Source of the DNA: the human T2T-CHM13v2.0 reference genome, Homo sapiens | Strand: one strand, 5' to 3' | DNA length: 64,000 nucleotides | NCBI RefSeq assembly: GCF_009914755.1 | Contig: NC_060929.1 | Shown here: positions 46,270 to 64,000 of the stretch, in pieces | Layout of the letters: each line of letters opens with the position of its first letter | Position numbering within the stretch: the first letter of the stretch is position 1 | Translations under genes and position numbers: made by a program | The notes under the pieces: generated by a model | Told to the model about the DNA's origin: nothing | The model's database searches: none | What the model saw: only the letters and a program-made list of their open reading frames with translations

Positions 46270-46690
46270 TTTAGAATAACTTTAGAATGGTTTTGATAAG
46301 AAAAAAAATAATTGATTCCTGGCAAGGCCAGTGTCTGTGAGTGTTTGCATACTCTCTCCATGTTCAGGTGTTTTTTTGTTTTCCAGGTTTTCTACTTTCC
46401 TTCCATATACCAAAGCTGCATACATTAGATTCAGTGGAATGTCTGCCTATTCCCAATCTGAGTGAGTGTGAGGTGTGTATGAGCACACTCTGCAATGGGA
46501 TGGAATCCTGTCCAGGGCTGATTTACCACCTTGTGCCCTGAGGATAGGCTCGGGATGTGATCCTGAACTTGAGTAAGCAGGTTGGAAAATGAATGAGGGA
46601 ATAAATAAAATGATTGCAAAATAAATATTTGTAAAATCTATGAAAAAATACAGATGCATGACAATAAACAATATGGTACAAATACACTCA
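46270..46690 (+). mobile_element. MER6 non-autonomous Tigger-type element fragment
   Basis: gtttgcatactctctccatg...gggatggaatcctgtccagggctg...ggttggaaaatgaatg matches recalled MER6. Confidence 0.8.
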
Positions 46691-47230
46691 AAAAATAAAC
46701 TGGTGTGATTAGTATAAATATAATAAAATAAAACTACAGTGTCAAGATCAAGTTATAAACATAGCTAAATAGATGAGCAGTAAGTGCATATTTTAGTTTT
46801 AAAAAGAAAAAATAACTTACATCGACTTTTGTGCTTTAATAGGGACTACAAATATAATTAAATGTCAAATGAAAAATTAAGGAAATCTACAAATCGTGAT
46901 AAAAATTGAGATACATACTGTGTAAAAAACATTGTAATTAGTCTAGGATGAACAGCACCATAGAAAAATGGAAGATCAATATTCATTTCACAATGCAAGA
47001 AACACAAATAGACAAAGCACATAAGAACATATACATATGGAAGATTATGTCCTCATATTAGTGCATATTTCATACATAATCTTACTTTCTGTATGAGTAA
47101 ACAAAGTGATATAGAAGCTGTTTGCTTTCCTAATTGGTGAAGGTGAAAAAAATGCGGCTTGTAAATTATTACCCAAAATGTTACCCTAGTTCCCTGCCAG
47201 TGAGAGAGAGTGAATTATTTATTATACAGC

Positions 47231-47830
47231 TGTCAAAGCACAAAATTGCACCAAAGTTATACAGGTAAGGAAGACTTTATGGAAAACTATTGCAATAGAG
47301 AAGAGAGAACAGAACTCAGTCTCAACTGCATGGACATAAAGGGAGTTTATTAAAAGTCAAATTACGGGAGAGTTTTAAGAGCTGTGGTGAGGGAATCATA
47401 GGCCATTTGTGTTTTCTAACTGGCCTCACCAAAAATAAAAGTAAACTTTCTTTTATTGTCATAACAGGAGCTAGTATTACAACTTTGAGCAAGATGCCTC
47501 CTACCCTCCCAGGAAGCATGGGAAATGCTGTCTTCTTTCATGATTACATTTCAAAGGAATGGCTCACATGTTTTTGAGAAAGACATTCTTGGGTTGTAAA
47601 ATTGGCAAGTGGCCTTTAAAAATATTTGCATATTTAAGAGGCAGAAAAAGAACTTGCCATTATGTGTCTTCCAAAATAAATGTTCTAAGTAAAGGGAGGG
47701 GAGTGACCTCTGTGGTTAGTTCATCTGGATTCCGTCAGTAATAGGGTGAGAGGGAGGTCAGGCCTACAGGCCAGAAAAATCCTATGTAAATTTTAGCCAA
47801 GCTGAGAGCAATGTTAAGGCCTCTTGGTCA
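47231..47830 (-). mobile_element. ERV1 solo LTR (MER67/MER31 group)
   Basis: TG...CA termini; minus strand starts TGACCAAGAGGCCTTAACATTGCTCTCAGCTTGGCTAAA. Confidence 0.7.
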
Positions 47831-48179
47831 TACCTTACTAAGGGATCATTTTAATATATTGTTTAAAATACTCAAGGAATTCTGTGCCATCTAAGTAGTA
47901 GAAGATTTTTATTCATTTATTCTAGGGAAAACATTAGCTGATTGTGCACACTATGTATGCGGGAGGAGTAGGTTGCTTGAATGGAGTCACAACGTCATGG
48001 TAATCTGCTCCTGGCAGAAACTGCGATGGATTTGGTTAGTTTTGACTGAGTTTCTGAATCAGAGGTAAGCATTTGAAATGATATTTTAACTTTCTGTAGT
48101 ACAATATGGCATTGTATGAGGGGAACAAAAGTCTTATGGTTTCAATAATTTATTTAAATATGTTGTAGGATTGATAAAA

Positions 48180-48390
48180 ATAAGCAACTTTTATGTGATA
48201 CTAGGTGTGTCAGGCCCCAAGCTCAGCCCTTTACAAAAATCATATTTTAAATCTCACAAAATTCCAATAGTAAGGATATTGATATCCCTAGTTTATAAAT
48301 ATGGAAACTAAGGTTATTAATTTCCTGAAGATCCTAGAGTTAGGAAAAGGAAACGACTTGGTCAAAGCTCGATTGTTCTAATTTTAGAAT
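48180..48390 (-). mobile_element. MIR fragment
   Basis: aatctcacaaaatt...tatccctagtttataaatatggaaactaagg. Confidence 0.5.
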
Positions 48391-49717
48391 ACCTCTTAGA
48401 CATTGTGTTTGTTCCCCGGAATCATAGTCATTATCAAATATTTGTAATTATCTGTTCAAAACTTTCTGTGAGCCTAAGTTAATGTAAGATTTTGAATATG
48501 TTATGCTATGATAACTAAAGATCTGAGGAATTTCTACATATTGAAGAAAAATCAAAAATATCTTCTATAATAACATTGCATTGAAATGATGTATTGTAGG
48601 ATGGATCAATGAAAGCTTTGGAGAATCAAGAGTACAAATAAAATATTCCTCAAAGCTAATCTTTTGTGTAATATTTACTATGCAATTTCCCAGGTATATT
48701 GTAGCTTTCATCCCTACCAGAAAACATATATGAAGCAAAATTTCACTGAAAAAAGTGAAAATAATAATACAAAATATGTGCAATTTTACAATATGATAAA
48801 TTGCTTTTAACAGATAATTTTGAATAGCTCAGATGATATTTATCAACTGAAGACAATTTATCATGCTAGACACTGAAACATAAAAATATTCTAAATCATT
48901 AAACATATTTATAGCCTGTTTAGTTTAAGATGTATTTGATTAATTGTCATTTTCTAGGATTAAGATTATAACAATTGACTGGGTCCACAAAATTTTCGAA
49001 TATTGGGCCTGAAAAAGTTGTCGGTGCTCAGAGAAAAAGTAAAAGTTACAGTCTTAAACTGCCTTTAGGTATGTCATAAATTAATTAATGTATCTTCCCA
49101 ATTATATCTAAACATCAAGATCAGATCTTCATTTGAAATGAAAGTGTCACTTTATAAAATAAATTTCATTCCAAGAATGTCATTTGTTAATGTATTTTCT
49201 GGATCACAATAAGAAAAATGCATAATTATTTTATGTAAATTCAATTATATAGAACATGCTCAATTGATACTATTTATGATCTGATCCAATAAGTTTAGAA
49301 TCATAAATGGAATAGTAATAATACATTTTTCTGCTATCTTTATTGAATTTTATCAATTTAAAGTAGTCAAAATTATTGAAAAAACATATATTCCAAACTG
49401 AGTAACCACTCCAGTAATTTCATTCTTACTACCTGGAGGGTTTTGTATGTCTTGTTTTTTTGTTTTTTTTTTAATTCTTGTTTTCTAGAGTTGTGTGAAG
49501 AAAAAATAAGCAGAAAACATTTTATGGATTAGCATAAGTAAGAAAGGATAAGTAGCTTTAGGCATGTAACATTTTTGAAATTTCTGCCAGCAGTTCAGGA
49601 AACAATATTCATTAAGCATCATTTCTGAGATTTTATTTTGACTCTTTCATCTTATTCAAGTTATATAACCTTAAAATTGGAATGAATTCACAGATACCCT
49701 ATTGAAATTTACTATTT

Positions 49718-50077
<360 letters not shown>

Positions 50078-51270
50078 TTATTTTTGTTTCCCTTCACTAG
50101 GAGAACACACTGTTATCTACCTATCTTTCAATATACAATGCTTTAGATGGCAATAGACTTTAGTATAATGGTCTATTTTCTACTAAGAAAGGTAAACATT
50201 CTAAAAGACAGATATGTTTTGTTAAGGTGTAACTTACTGGAAAGTTCTCTTAATTAATGCAGTAATCATAAAATAAGTCTATTTTAAAAGGAAAAGTGTG
50301 GTGGTAGCTTTGTATAGCAGAGGACCTAAGAGATTTAAATTTTATAATTTTTGTTAAGCCTGAATTTCCCCTATGTCTCCTGCACTACTAGGGAATAAGA
50401 GCTCCTGAATTAGAGCTAAAGAAAATTATCCTCTAATCAGGGGTGTTATATATTAAATGATAGACAAGTGATATGCTTTATTTGGGTTTTGATTTATTTA
50501 ATAAAAAAGAAAGGATTTGTATCATATAAAATCTGCCTCTTAAAATCTTTGTGTCTATGTAACTTTTTAGTACTTGGAATTCTCATCTAATTTCCAAATA
50601 AGACAATATTTGTTTAATTTCAATTGACATTTTCCCCAATATCTTATAGTATTGAATTCATATTTATATCCAGATTTGCACTGTTTTTGTACTCTGAAAA
50701 GCTACTATTAAGTTGGTAGTGTGTATGAAAATCGATGGTGTTCAAAAATATATGGAACTTCTGTTTCTTTGCTGAGGTTATTTTAAGTTATAAAAAGTAT
50801 ATAAATAAGACAATATCATCTGTGAATGTCTGTTAAATGTGCAGTATGGTAATTTTATTAAAATTTGATGTATACTTGTAGAATTGAGTGTTCAAGTCTG
50901 TTCTATGTCACTTAGTAGCTATGATAACTTGGACAAATCATGTTTCTCTTATCAGTAATCACATCTAACAAAATGGGGCACTAATGTAAATATTAGCCTT
51001 TTCTCATCTATTTGGAAACTATTTCTCTTTTATATTTATCTGTAACTATTAAACCTGCCATCAAAAACACATTCAAATCAGGTGTTCTCACTGTTGAGTG
51101 TTAAGGTGGGCAGCGTATAAAATCGAGGAAAAACAGGGAACGTATGTATCACAGAGTTTTTCCAGGGCACCTTCAAAATCTAGGTTACTAAAGAATAGAA
51201 AATTGGTCCAACGAATCAAGTCATAAATGAAATTAAACTAAGCAAATTATTAGTTGAAACTATATTATTT

Positions 51271-51292
51271 ACACACACACACACACACACAC
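51271..51292 (+). repeat. (AC)11 microsatellite
   Basis: Directly visible. Confidence 0.95.
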
Positions 51293-51356
51293 ATACTCAT
51301 TATTACATTTGAAAGATTTTGTTCCTAGTCATTCATAATCATTTGTAATTTGCAAG

Positions 51357-52737
<1,381 letters not shown>

Positions 52738-52799
52738 GTAAGCCAGTGTCATTTATTTAAAAGAGCTTGGAGACTCAGCTATTATATGTTTGGAAAATA

Positions 52800-55700
52800 A
52801 TGACTACAGCTAATGCAGCTTGACCCAACAGACGTCTATAGAACAAGAACCTGCCACCCAAAAACAACAGAATAAATATTCATCTCAAGTGAATTTGGAG
52901 GATTCTTTATACTAGAACATCTGCTGGGCCATATAACAAACTTTAATATTGGTATCATGCAGAGTAAATTCTCCATACACAGTAAAGGGTATAAAATTAA
53001 AATAAATAATAAAAAATTTCGAAGTTTTAAAAATGTGTACAAATTAAGTCTCACACTTCTAAATAATCAATAGAGCTAGAAAGAAATCACTGTAAATTTC
53101 AAAAATACTTTGAGATGAATTATAATTAAGGCACATTATGCCAAAACATATGGAATGCCACTAAAACAATGCTGAGAGGAAAATTTATAGTATTAATTTT
53201 CTATACTAATAAAAAAGAATTATCTTAAATCAGTAACCTTTTCTTTCATCCGAAGACACTTGAAAACAAAGCAAATTAAACCTAAAGCAAACAGAAAAAA
53301 AGGTAATAATAATAGTTAGAGTGAATAAAAATCAAAGAAAGCATAGAAAAACAGTAGAGAAAATTAATAACAACAAAAGTGGTTTTTATGAACAGAGTGA
53401 CAATATTTACACACTTGGTTAGACTGTCCAAGAGGAAAAGAGTGAAGATTCAAATTACCAAAATTAGTAATAAAAGAAAGTAATTTCTACTGAGTTCCCA
53501 GAAATAACAGAGGGTAAAAGTATACTATTAACAATATTTGCCAACAAATTAAATAAAGTGAGTTGAATAGAATAGCAATACAAATATACATACTACCAAA
53601 ATTTCCTCAAGAAGAAACAGAACTTTTAAATAGCCCTAATAACTAATCAAGTGATTAAATTAGTCTTTCAATAATTTCTCAGGTAGAAAGCCCCAGACCC
53701 AGATGCCTTCAGTGGTAAGTTCTACAAAATATATCTAGAGAAATTTATTCCAAATACCCACAAACTCTCCAAAAAATAGACAAGGAGGGAATAATTCCTA
53801 CTTTATTACATAAGGTCAGTATTACCTTATCAAAACTACAGAAAGAAATCACAAGAAAAAAGAAAACCAGGCAGATTCTCATGAATTGAGCAAAAAAATC
53901 CTCAGCAAAATATTAGCAAACAGAATTTAGCAGTATAAAAAAGGGTTGTACACCAAGACTATATGGCATTTATCCCAGGTTTAATATCTGAAAATTAATT
54001 AATGTAATACATTATACAAATATAATAAGTGAAACCATGTGATCATCTCAGTAGCTGCAGAAAAAATACTAGACAAAATACAAAACCCCTCTGATTAAAA
54101 TATAAGTGTTCTACATACCAGCAGTACAGGAAAGTATCTTAGGCTGTCATATACAAAAAAGCCACAGTTCACATCAAATTTAATGGTGAAAGACTGAATG
54201 CTTTCTTCCTAAGGTCAGAAACAAGAATAGAATGTCTACTCTCACTTATTTTGCTTAACATTTTATTGGAGGTTCTAGCTTGGGTATATATGCAAGAAAA
54301 TTAAAGGAAACAGTTTCAGATTAGAAAAGAAGAAATAAAACCATATCTATTTGCAGACAATAGTCTTATACATAGAAAAATCCCTAGGAATCCACTAATA
54401 TAAAAGCAACTATTAGAACTAATAAATGAGTTAAGTAAGCTTATGGAGTATAATTTTAACATAAAGAAATCAATTGTATGCCTAAGCTATCAGTAAATTA
54501 CATTAAGCTACAATTATTTGGTCAATTTCAGGTTGTTTTTCAACTTTTATTTTAGAATCAGGCCATACATATGCAGATTTGTTACAAAGGTATATTTCAG
54601 TGATGCTGAGATTTTGAGTATTATTGAATCGGTCACCCAAGTACTGAGCATAGGATCCAGTAGGTAGTTTTTCAACCCTCTTCCCATCCCTCCACTCTTC
54701 TTGTGTCTATTATTTCTATTATTTTTATCTGTAGGTCTGTATGTACTCAAGGTTTAGTTCTCACTTATAAGTCAGGGCATGCAGTATTTGACTTTCTGTT
54801 TTTGCATTAGTTTGCTTAGCATAATGGCCTCCAGCTGCATCTATGTAGCTGCAAAGGACATAATTTCATTTTTTATGGCTGTGTAATATTCCATAGTGTA
54901 TATGTACCACATTTTCTTTATCCAATACACTGTTGATGTGTTGATTCCATATTTTTTTCTATTGTGAATAGTGCTGCCATGAATATATGGGGACATGTGT
55001 CTTTTTGGTAGAATGATTCAGCTCCCTTTGAGTATATAGTCAGTAATAGGATTGTTGGGTCAAGTGGTAGTTCAATCTTAGTTCTCCATAGTGGCTGAAC
55101 TAATTTACATTTCTACCAACAGTGTATCTCATTGTGGTTTTGATTTGCATTTCCTTGATGATTAATTATGTTGAATATTTTTTCATGTTTGTTGGCTGCT
55201 TATATATCTTCTTTTGAGAAGTGTCTGTTCTTGTCCTTTGCCCATTTTTAATGGGGTTGTTTTTTGCTTAATGATTTAAGTTTCTTATAGATTCTGGATA
55301 TTAGTCCTTTGTTGGATCATAATTTATGAATTTTTTTCCATTCTGTAGGTGGTCTACTTACTCTGTTGATAGTTTCTTTTTTCTATGCAGAAGCTCTTTA
55401 GTTTACTTAGTTCCCACCTGTCAATTTTTGTTTTTGTTGCAATTGCCTGTGGGGAGTTAGCCCTACATTCTTCCCAACATAGATATTGAAAAGGGTGTTT
55501 CTTAGGTTTTTCTTCAAAAATTTTTATAATTTTGGATCTTACATTTAAGTCTTTAATTCACCTTGAGTTAATTTTTGTATATGATGATGATAGGTAGGGG
55601 GTCCAGTTTCATTTTCTGCATTGGGAAATAATAAAGTTAGAGATACATTTAACGAAAGTCAGAAAATCTATTGCATAAAAATACAAAACAGTTGTGAAAC

Positions 55701-56750
55701 AAATTACAAACCTATGTTTGTAATCACATCTCATGTTACGGGTCAGAAGACAATATTGTTAAGCCAGAGCTAAGGTTATAATATTCTTGGAAGAAAATAT
55801 AAGAGTAATCTTTGTGAACTTGAGTTAGGTGAAGGCTTCTTTAGATAAAACATCAAAAGTGCAAGTAACAAAAGAAAATTATAGCTAAATTAGATTTCAA
55901 CAACATTAAAAATTCTGAGTATGTATTTCACCAAAGAAGAAACATAAATGAACAAAAAGTACATGAAAATGTGTTCAACATCATTTATTATGAAAGGCAC
56001 AATGAAATACTGCTTCATGCTCAATAAGATGACCATAATTAACAAGCGGATCTTAACACGTGTTGGTGAAGATGAGGATAAATTCAATACATATATTAAC
56101 AGTTAGAATATAAGATAGTGCAGCTACTTAAAAAAATTCTGGCAGTACTCCAAATATTAAGTAGAATTACTATATGGCCCAGCAAAATTTTACTCCAAGG
56201 TATTCATTCAAGAGAAATAGAAACACTTGTCTGCACACAATCTTTCACACAAATGTTTATAGCAACGTTATTTATAGTTTCTCAATAGTGTAAATGAATC
56301 AAAAGTCCATAAACTTATAAATGGCTCAGTAGACTGTTGCATCTTCATTCAATAAAGTAGAGTATTATTTGGCAATAAAAAGGAATGAAGTATAAATACA
56401 TGCTCAAACATGGATGAATGTTGAAAATACAAGTAAAGTCAGTCACTAAACAGTGAATTTATTTTAAAAAATGAAAAAAGTGAGTCACACATACATTGTG
56501 CGTGAATCAATTTATAATGTCCAGAAAAGACAAATCTTCAGAGATAAAAAATAAATTAGTATTTTTCCAGAGACATGGGATTAGAGAATAATGAGAAGTG
56601 ATAGGTAATGGGTACATGGGTTATTTTTAAGATGATTAAATGATCTAAAATTGATTGCGGTGATGTTTACTAAATATAATAAAATCTATTGGACTGTATA
56701 CTTTAAGTTGATGGTTGTATGGCATGTCAATGACTCAATAAATATGTTAT
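52800..56750 (+). mobile_element. Old L1M (L1MB-like) ORF2 to 3' end, interrupted
   Basis: Diverged ORF2 (ccagatgccttcagtggt, ctatttgcagac) resumes after 55621 and ends in a 3'UTR with ctcaataaa. Confidence 0.8.
54533..55621 (-). mobile_element. L1PA15/16-like 3' fragment
   Basis: caacttttattttaga...taggtagtttttcaaccc 3'UTR and ORF2 tail. Confidence 0.88.
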
Positions 56751-56814
56751 ATACAACAAAGTTGTATAAATGGTTCCTTAATGGACATACTAAACAATAT
56801 TATAAATATATTTG

Positions 56815-59195
56815 TGGGTATTTTTTGAGAAGTGTATGTTCATATTTTGCCCATTTTTTAATTAGGCTATTTGTTTTCTTGCTGTTGAGTTGTTTGAGTT
56901 CCTTATATATTTTGGATATTAACATCTCATGATATGTGTAGTTTGCAAATATTTTTCCCAGTCTGTGGGTTGTTTCTTCATTTGTTGTTTGCTCCTGTTG
57001 CAGTGAATAAACTTTTTAGTTTGATGTAATTCCATTTGTCTATTTTTGCCTTTGGTGCTTGAGCCTTTAGGAGTCATATCCAAAAAAATCTGTAGCCAGA
57101 CCAACGTTGTAGAACTTTTCCTTTATGTTTTCTTTCAGCAGTTTTACAGTTTTAGGTCTTACATTTAAATATTTAATACTTTTTTAGTTTTTTTTTTTTT
57201 TGGTAAGAAGTAAGAGAAGGGTCTAATTTCATTTTTCTGCATGTTGCTATTCAGTTTTCCCAGCACCATTTATTGAATAGGCTGTCCTTTCCTCATTGTG
57301 GGTTCCTGGCACATTTGTCAAAAATCAACTGTTCGTAAATGTATGGGTTTATTTCTGGGCTTTCTATCCTGATCCCTTTTTTTATTGGTTGATGAATCTG
57401 TTTTTATGCCAATATTATACTGCTTGGGTTACAATTGCTTTATAATACGTTTTGAAGTTAGGTAGCTTGATCCCTCCAACTTTCTTCTTCTTGCTCAAGA
57501 TTGCTTTGGCTATTCGTCCTGTTTTGTGGTTTTACACAAAGTTAAGGATTTTTTTTTCTATTTCTGTGAAAAATGACATTGGAATTTTGATAAGGATTGC
57601 ATTGAATCTATAGATTACTTTAAGTAGTATAGCTATCTTAACAACGTAATTCTTTCAATTCATGAGCACAGGGTATCTTTCCATTTATTTGTGTTTTTTA
57701 AATTTCTTTCATCAGTGATTTATAGTTTTCAGTATATAAATCTTTCACTTCGTGAGTTAAATTTATGAATAAGTATTTTTATTTTTATTGCCATTGTAAA
57801 TTGAATTATTTTCCTAATTTTGTTTTGGATATCTCATTATTAGTGTGTAGAAATACTACTGATTTGTGCATATTGATTTTAGTAATATACCCTGCAACAT
57901 TACTGAACTTGTTTATCAGTTCTAATAGTTATTTGTTGGAGCCGTTAAGAATTTCTATATAAGATCATGTTATCAAAAAGAGACATTTTCACTTCTCTCT
58001 TTCTTATTAATACTCCCTTATTTCTTCCTTTTACCAAATTGCTCTGGCTAGGTCCTTCAGAACTATGTTGAAAAGAAATGGTGCGAGCGGACATGCTTGT
58101 TTTGTTTCTGATTTTAGAGAAAATGTTTTCAGCTTTTTACTGTTTAGTATAATGTTTGTTGTGGGTCTGTGATATATGGCTTTTATTGTGTTGGGGCATA
58201 TTCTTTTTTAACCTATTTTGTTTTGAGCTTTTATCATAAAAGGATGTCAAATGCTTTTTCTGTAAATATTGTTTTCTGCATCCTTTTCAGTTTATTAATG
58301 TGAAACACACTTCTCCAAAGAAGTCATACAAATGGCCAATAGGTTCATGAAAATATGTTCAGCATCACTAATCATTAGGAAAATGCAAATTTGAATAAAT
58401 GAGATATCTCATACTTGTTAGAATGGCTTTTATAAAAAAAATGTAAGAAAAGTGTTGGAGAGGATGCAGAGAAAAAAAAAACACTTGCACTCTGTTGATG
58501 GGAATATAAATTAGTATAGACCTTATAGAAAATAATATGGAGGTTCCTCAAAAATCTAACAATAGAACTACCTTATGATTCAGCAATCCCACTTCTGGGA
58601 AAATATCCAAAGGAATTGAAATCAATATGTTGAAAGGATATATCCACTCTCTTGTTCTGTGAAGCATTATTTACAGGAGTCAAGATAAGAAAACCACCAA
58701 AGTTTCTATGAGTAGATAAATGGAAATTGAAAATATGGTATATATACAAAATAGAATACTATCCAACCTTAACAAATAATGACATTCTGTCATTTGAGAC
58801 AACATGGCTGAATCTAGAGGACATTATGCTAAGCAACTACCACATGTTCTCACTTATATGTAGAACTTAAAACATGTTGAATTTCCAGAGGTAGAGGGTA
58901 AAATAATAATTACTAGAAGCTGGAGGAGGAAGGTAGAAAGGGAATGGGGAATAAGTTTTGACATCTACTGTGCAACAGGGTGACTACAGTAACTAATAAT
59001 GCAGTGTATATTTCAAAATAACTGACATAATATATTTTAAATGTGTCACCACAAAAATATCAAGTGAGATGATGGATATGTTAATTAGTCTGACTTAATG
59101 ACTCCACATTGCATACACATATCAAAGCATCATATTACAATTAAATGTAATGCAATTATGATTAGTCAATTGAAAATAATATAAATAAAAATAAG
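56815..59195 (+). mobile_element. L1MA-like element with 5' inversion (minus 56815-58300, plus 58300-59195)
   Basis: The two segments are adjacent in the L1 consensus around ttctcaaaagaagac; A-rich tail near 59170-59195. Confidence 0.8.
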
Positions 59196-59218
59196 ATATA
59201 AACGGAATTATCTTCAAT

Positions 59219-61851
<2,633 letters not shown>

Positions 61852-64000
61852 TCAATAGTTTCTATTTTAAAGTTATATGCCATTTTTATTATATCCTAAG
61901 TGGTTCTCTATTTCTATCATTACAATATGGTTTAAAGCAATACTAGAGAGGGTTTTGTCATGACATTTTCTGAAGGCTTCTTATGAACTAGGCAGGTGTG
62001 AAAAGCAATAAAGGAGTGGGTGTCTCATAAAAGAGCAATAAAAAGCGTTAAAGGGGGATGCCGTATAGTCCCCTGTTCCCATTTCATTCAGAATATTTGA
62101 AGACCTAATCAAAGGCTCTGCTTTAGAAGTGAAGAAGCTCAACTCCAACAAACCTAAAGACCTTATCTAACTAGCCAAGCAAATTAATGAAGAGTTGAAA
62201 TAAGAATCAAGATTTCATGATTTTGTATTCAGTGAATTTGTACTTCAGTCTGATGATTGAAGGATGTTTAGCTGTTTTACACACTACAGTATTGTTCAAC
62301 TAGAAATCATATCTATACAAAAAGTGTGAACTGCTTCTGAATTTATTTTTGAATATGTATTCATAATTTATACTATTGTTTTCACTCTTATTATATAAAT
62401 ATTTCTAGAGTAAGTTTATTACTTTGGCAAGTGCTTCTTCTTTTAGAGGAATTGACCATTTTTCCATTCCAATCATGTCATTAAAGGATGCCAGATTCAG
62501 TATTACACATTCCGGATGCCTGAGCTTTTGCATAATGATTGAACCGAAATGGGTATATACACAAGCAAAGATACAGCACATAACAAGAAGAGGGTCTCTT
62601 TCTTATTCTAACAAGAAGCTTTGAGTATGTGAGACTTGATACACACATAGTTGTGTCTTCACTGAAAAATACATACAAGAAGTGAACTAACATGTAAATG
62701 GCTTCTGACGGTGTTGGGGTCCGTAAACTCAGTTATATTTGAGTTTTATTTCACGATTGTTTTAGTCCCAAATCTCTAAAACCGATTTAAAATTATTAAC
62801 TCTTTAGCTATTTTACTTTGTTATCATACTCTTGTTTTATGTTTCTGTAATCATTTTGCAGTAAAAGTTATGGTTGAAAAAAAAAAGTCTTGATTGAAAA
62901 CATGTAAAATTAACAGCACGGTCTCCTCTAGAGTGTGCTTTGGGTTGGTGGCAAATTTTTCCTGTGAATGTTCTCTGTCTTTAATAATTTTGCTTCACTC
63001 AAAGTCATTGTATGAAAGACACCATGATCCCATTTTAAAAATTCTGCCATGGACCCAGAATGTATTCCTTGCCAAGTCATCCTCTGAAGGTTGGAAACTG
63101 ACCATGGAGCCATAGAATGGTCATCATGATGAAAGTCCTGCAGATCCCAGGGTATCTGTTTCAACTCATGATCAGTGGAAGTGGTCAGGAATGAGACAGA
63201 GAAAGCACTAAGAGAGAAATGTAGACCACCCCTGATAATGCTAGAAGATCTCAGGCACTAAGGAGAACTTAGACATTTCAAAGGTTCTCCAAAGAGCAAG
63301 GCTGTTGAGGCACACAACTCAGGACAGAGATATACCTGTGTCTTAGTGAAGTACTAAATAATGAAAAATGAAAGATGAATTTAATGAAATCTGTACTGAA
63401 TATGAATCATATGTCAGTGTGTAACTGTTACTTAAAGGAGCATTATGTGTTGCTCTATATGTAAAATAATAAACCAAATTTGACATATGGAAACATTAAT
63501 TCAATAAATTTTATTATTTTTCCCACACTGTATAAGCCATTTAAACATGACTTCTGTTCAACTCAGTATTTTCTTTCCATGGTCTTTTATAAACACAATC
63601 TTGTCCAATATTGCTGACAAATTCTCTAAGACGAAAAGTGACTGCTTTTATTAAATTTCCCATGATAGAATAAAAGAGGGGGCTGTCACTTAGAAGATCA
63701 AGGGGGAAGTGGCAACGGAAGAAGTTTGAAGAGTATGTATTTGGCTTTTACCTAAGCCCACACTATTTGGTGTTGTTTTGGGCCACAAATTGAAAGTATT
63801 TGGTGAATGTTAAAAAGTGCTTATAATATTTGACACATTTTCTGATTATCTAAATTCTCTGTACCAAAACTGGAAAAATTTAATGTTAAACTTCTATGTA
63901 TTAAAAAGAATCCTGGTGAGAAATAGATTAATTGAATAATTAGATTTTAAACATAAAGAAAAATTGCACTATACCTAATACACTTAAGTTAGTACTTAAA

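Noticed and set aside
62400-63200. Overlapping short ORFs near the window end
   Set aside because: Chance-length frames with no recognisable domain

Overview
Primate (most likely human) AT-rich, gene-poor DNA, either intergenic or deep intronic. I found no credible host protein-coding exon, RNA gene or CRISPR array, and every ORF I can assign comes from a transposable element. The main feature is a near full-length, minus-strand HERV-L provirus (MLT2A1-HERVL-int-MLT2A1, 24877-34337) with decayed gag, protease, RT, integrase and dUTPase. It is interrupted by a young L1PA2-like insertion with a twin-priming 5' inversion and a 19-bp TSD. The window also holds seven Alus, several L1PA/L1M fragments (one with a second, older inversion), solo LTRs of ERV1, ERVK, ERVL and MaLR classes, an internally deleted THE1D provirus, Tigger1, MER5 and MER6 DNA transposon relics, STRs and short tandem duplications. 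A repeat-poor block at about 34.3-38.3 kb has motif clusters that could be conserved enhancers. I see no convincing new biological system. Subfamily names come from recalled consensus sequences, not from a RepeatMasker/Dfam run, and boundaries of old elements are approximate.
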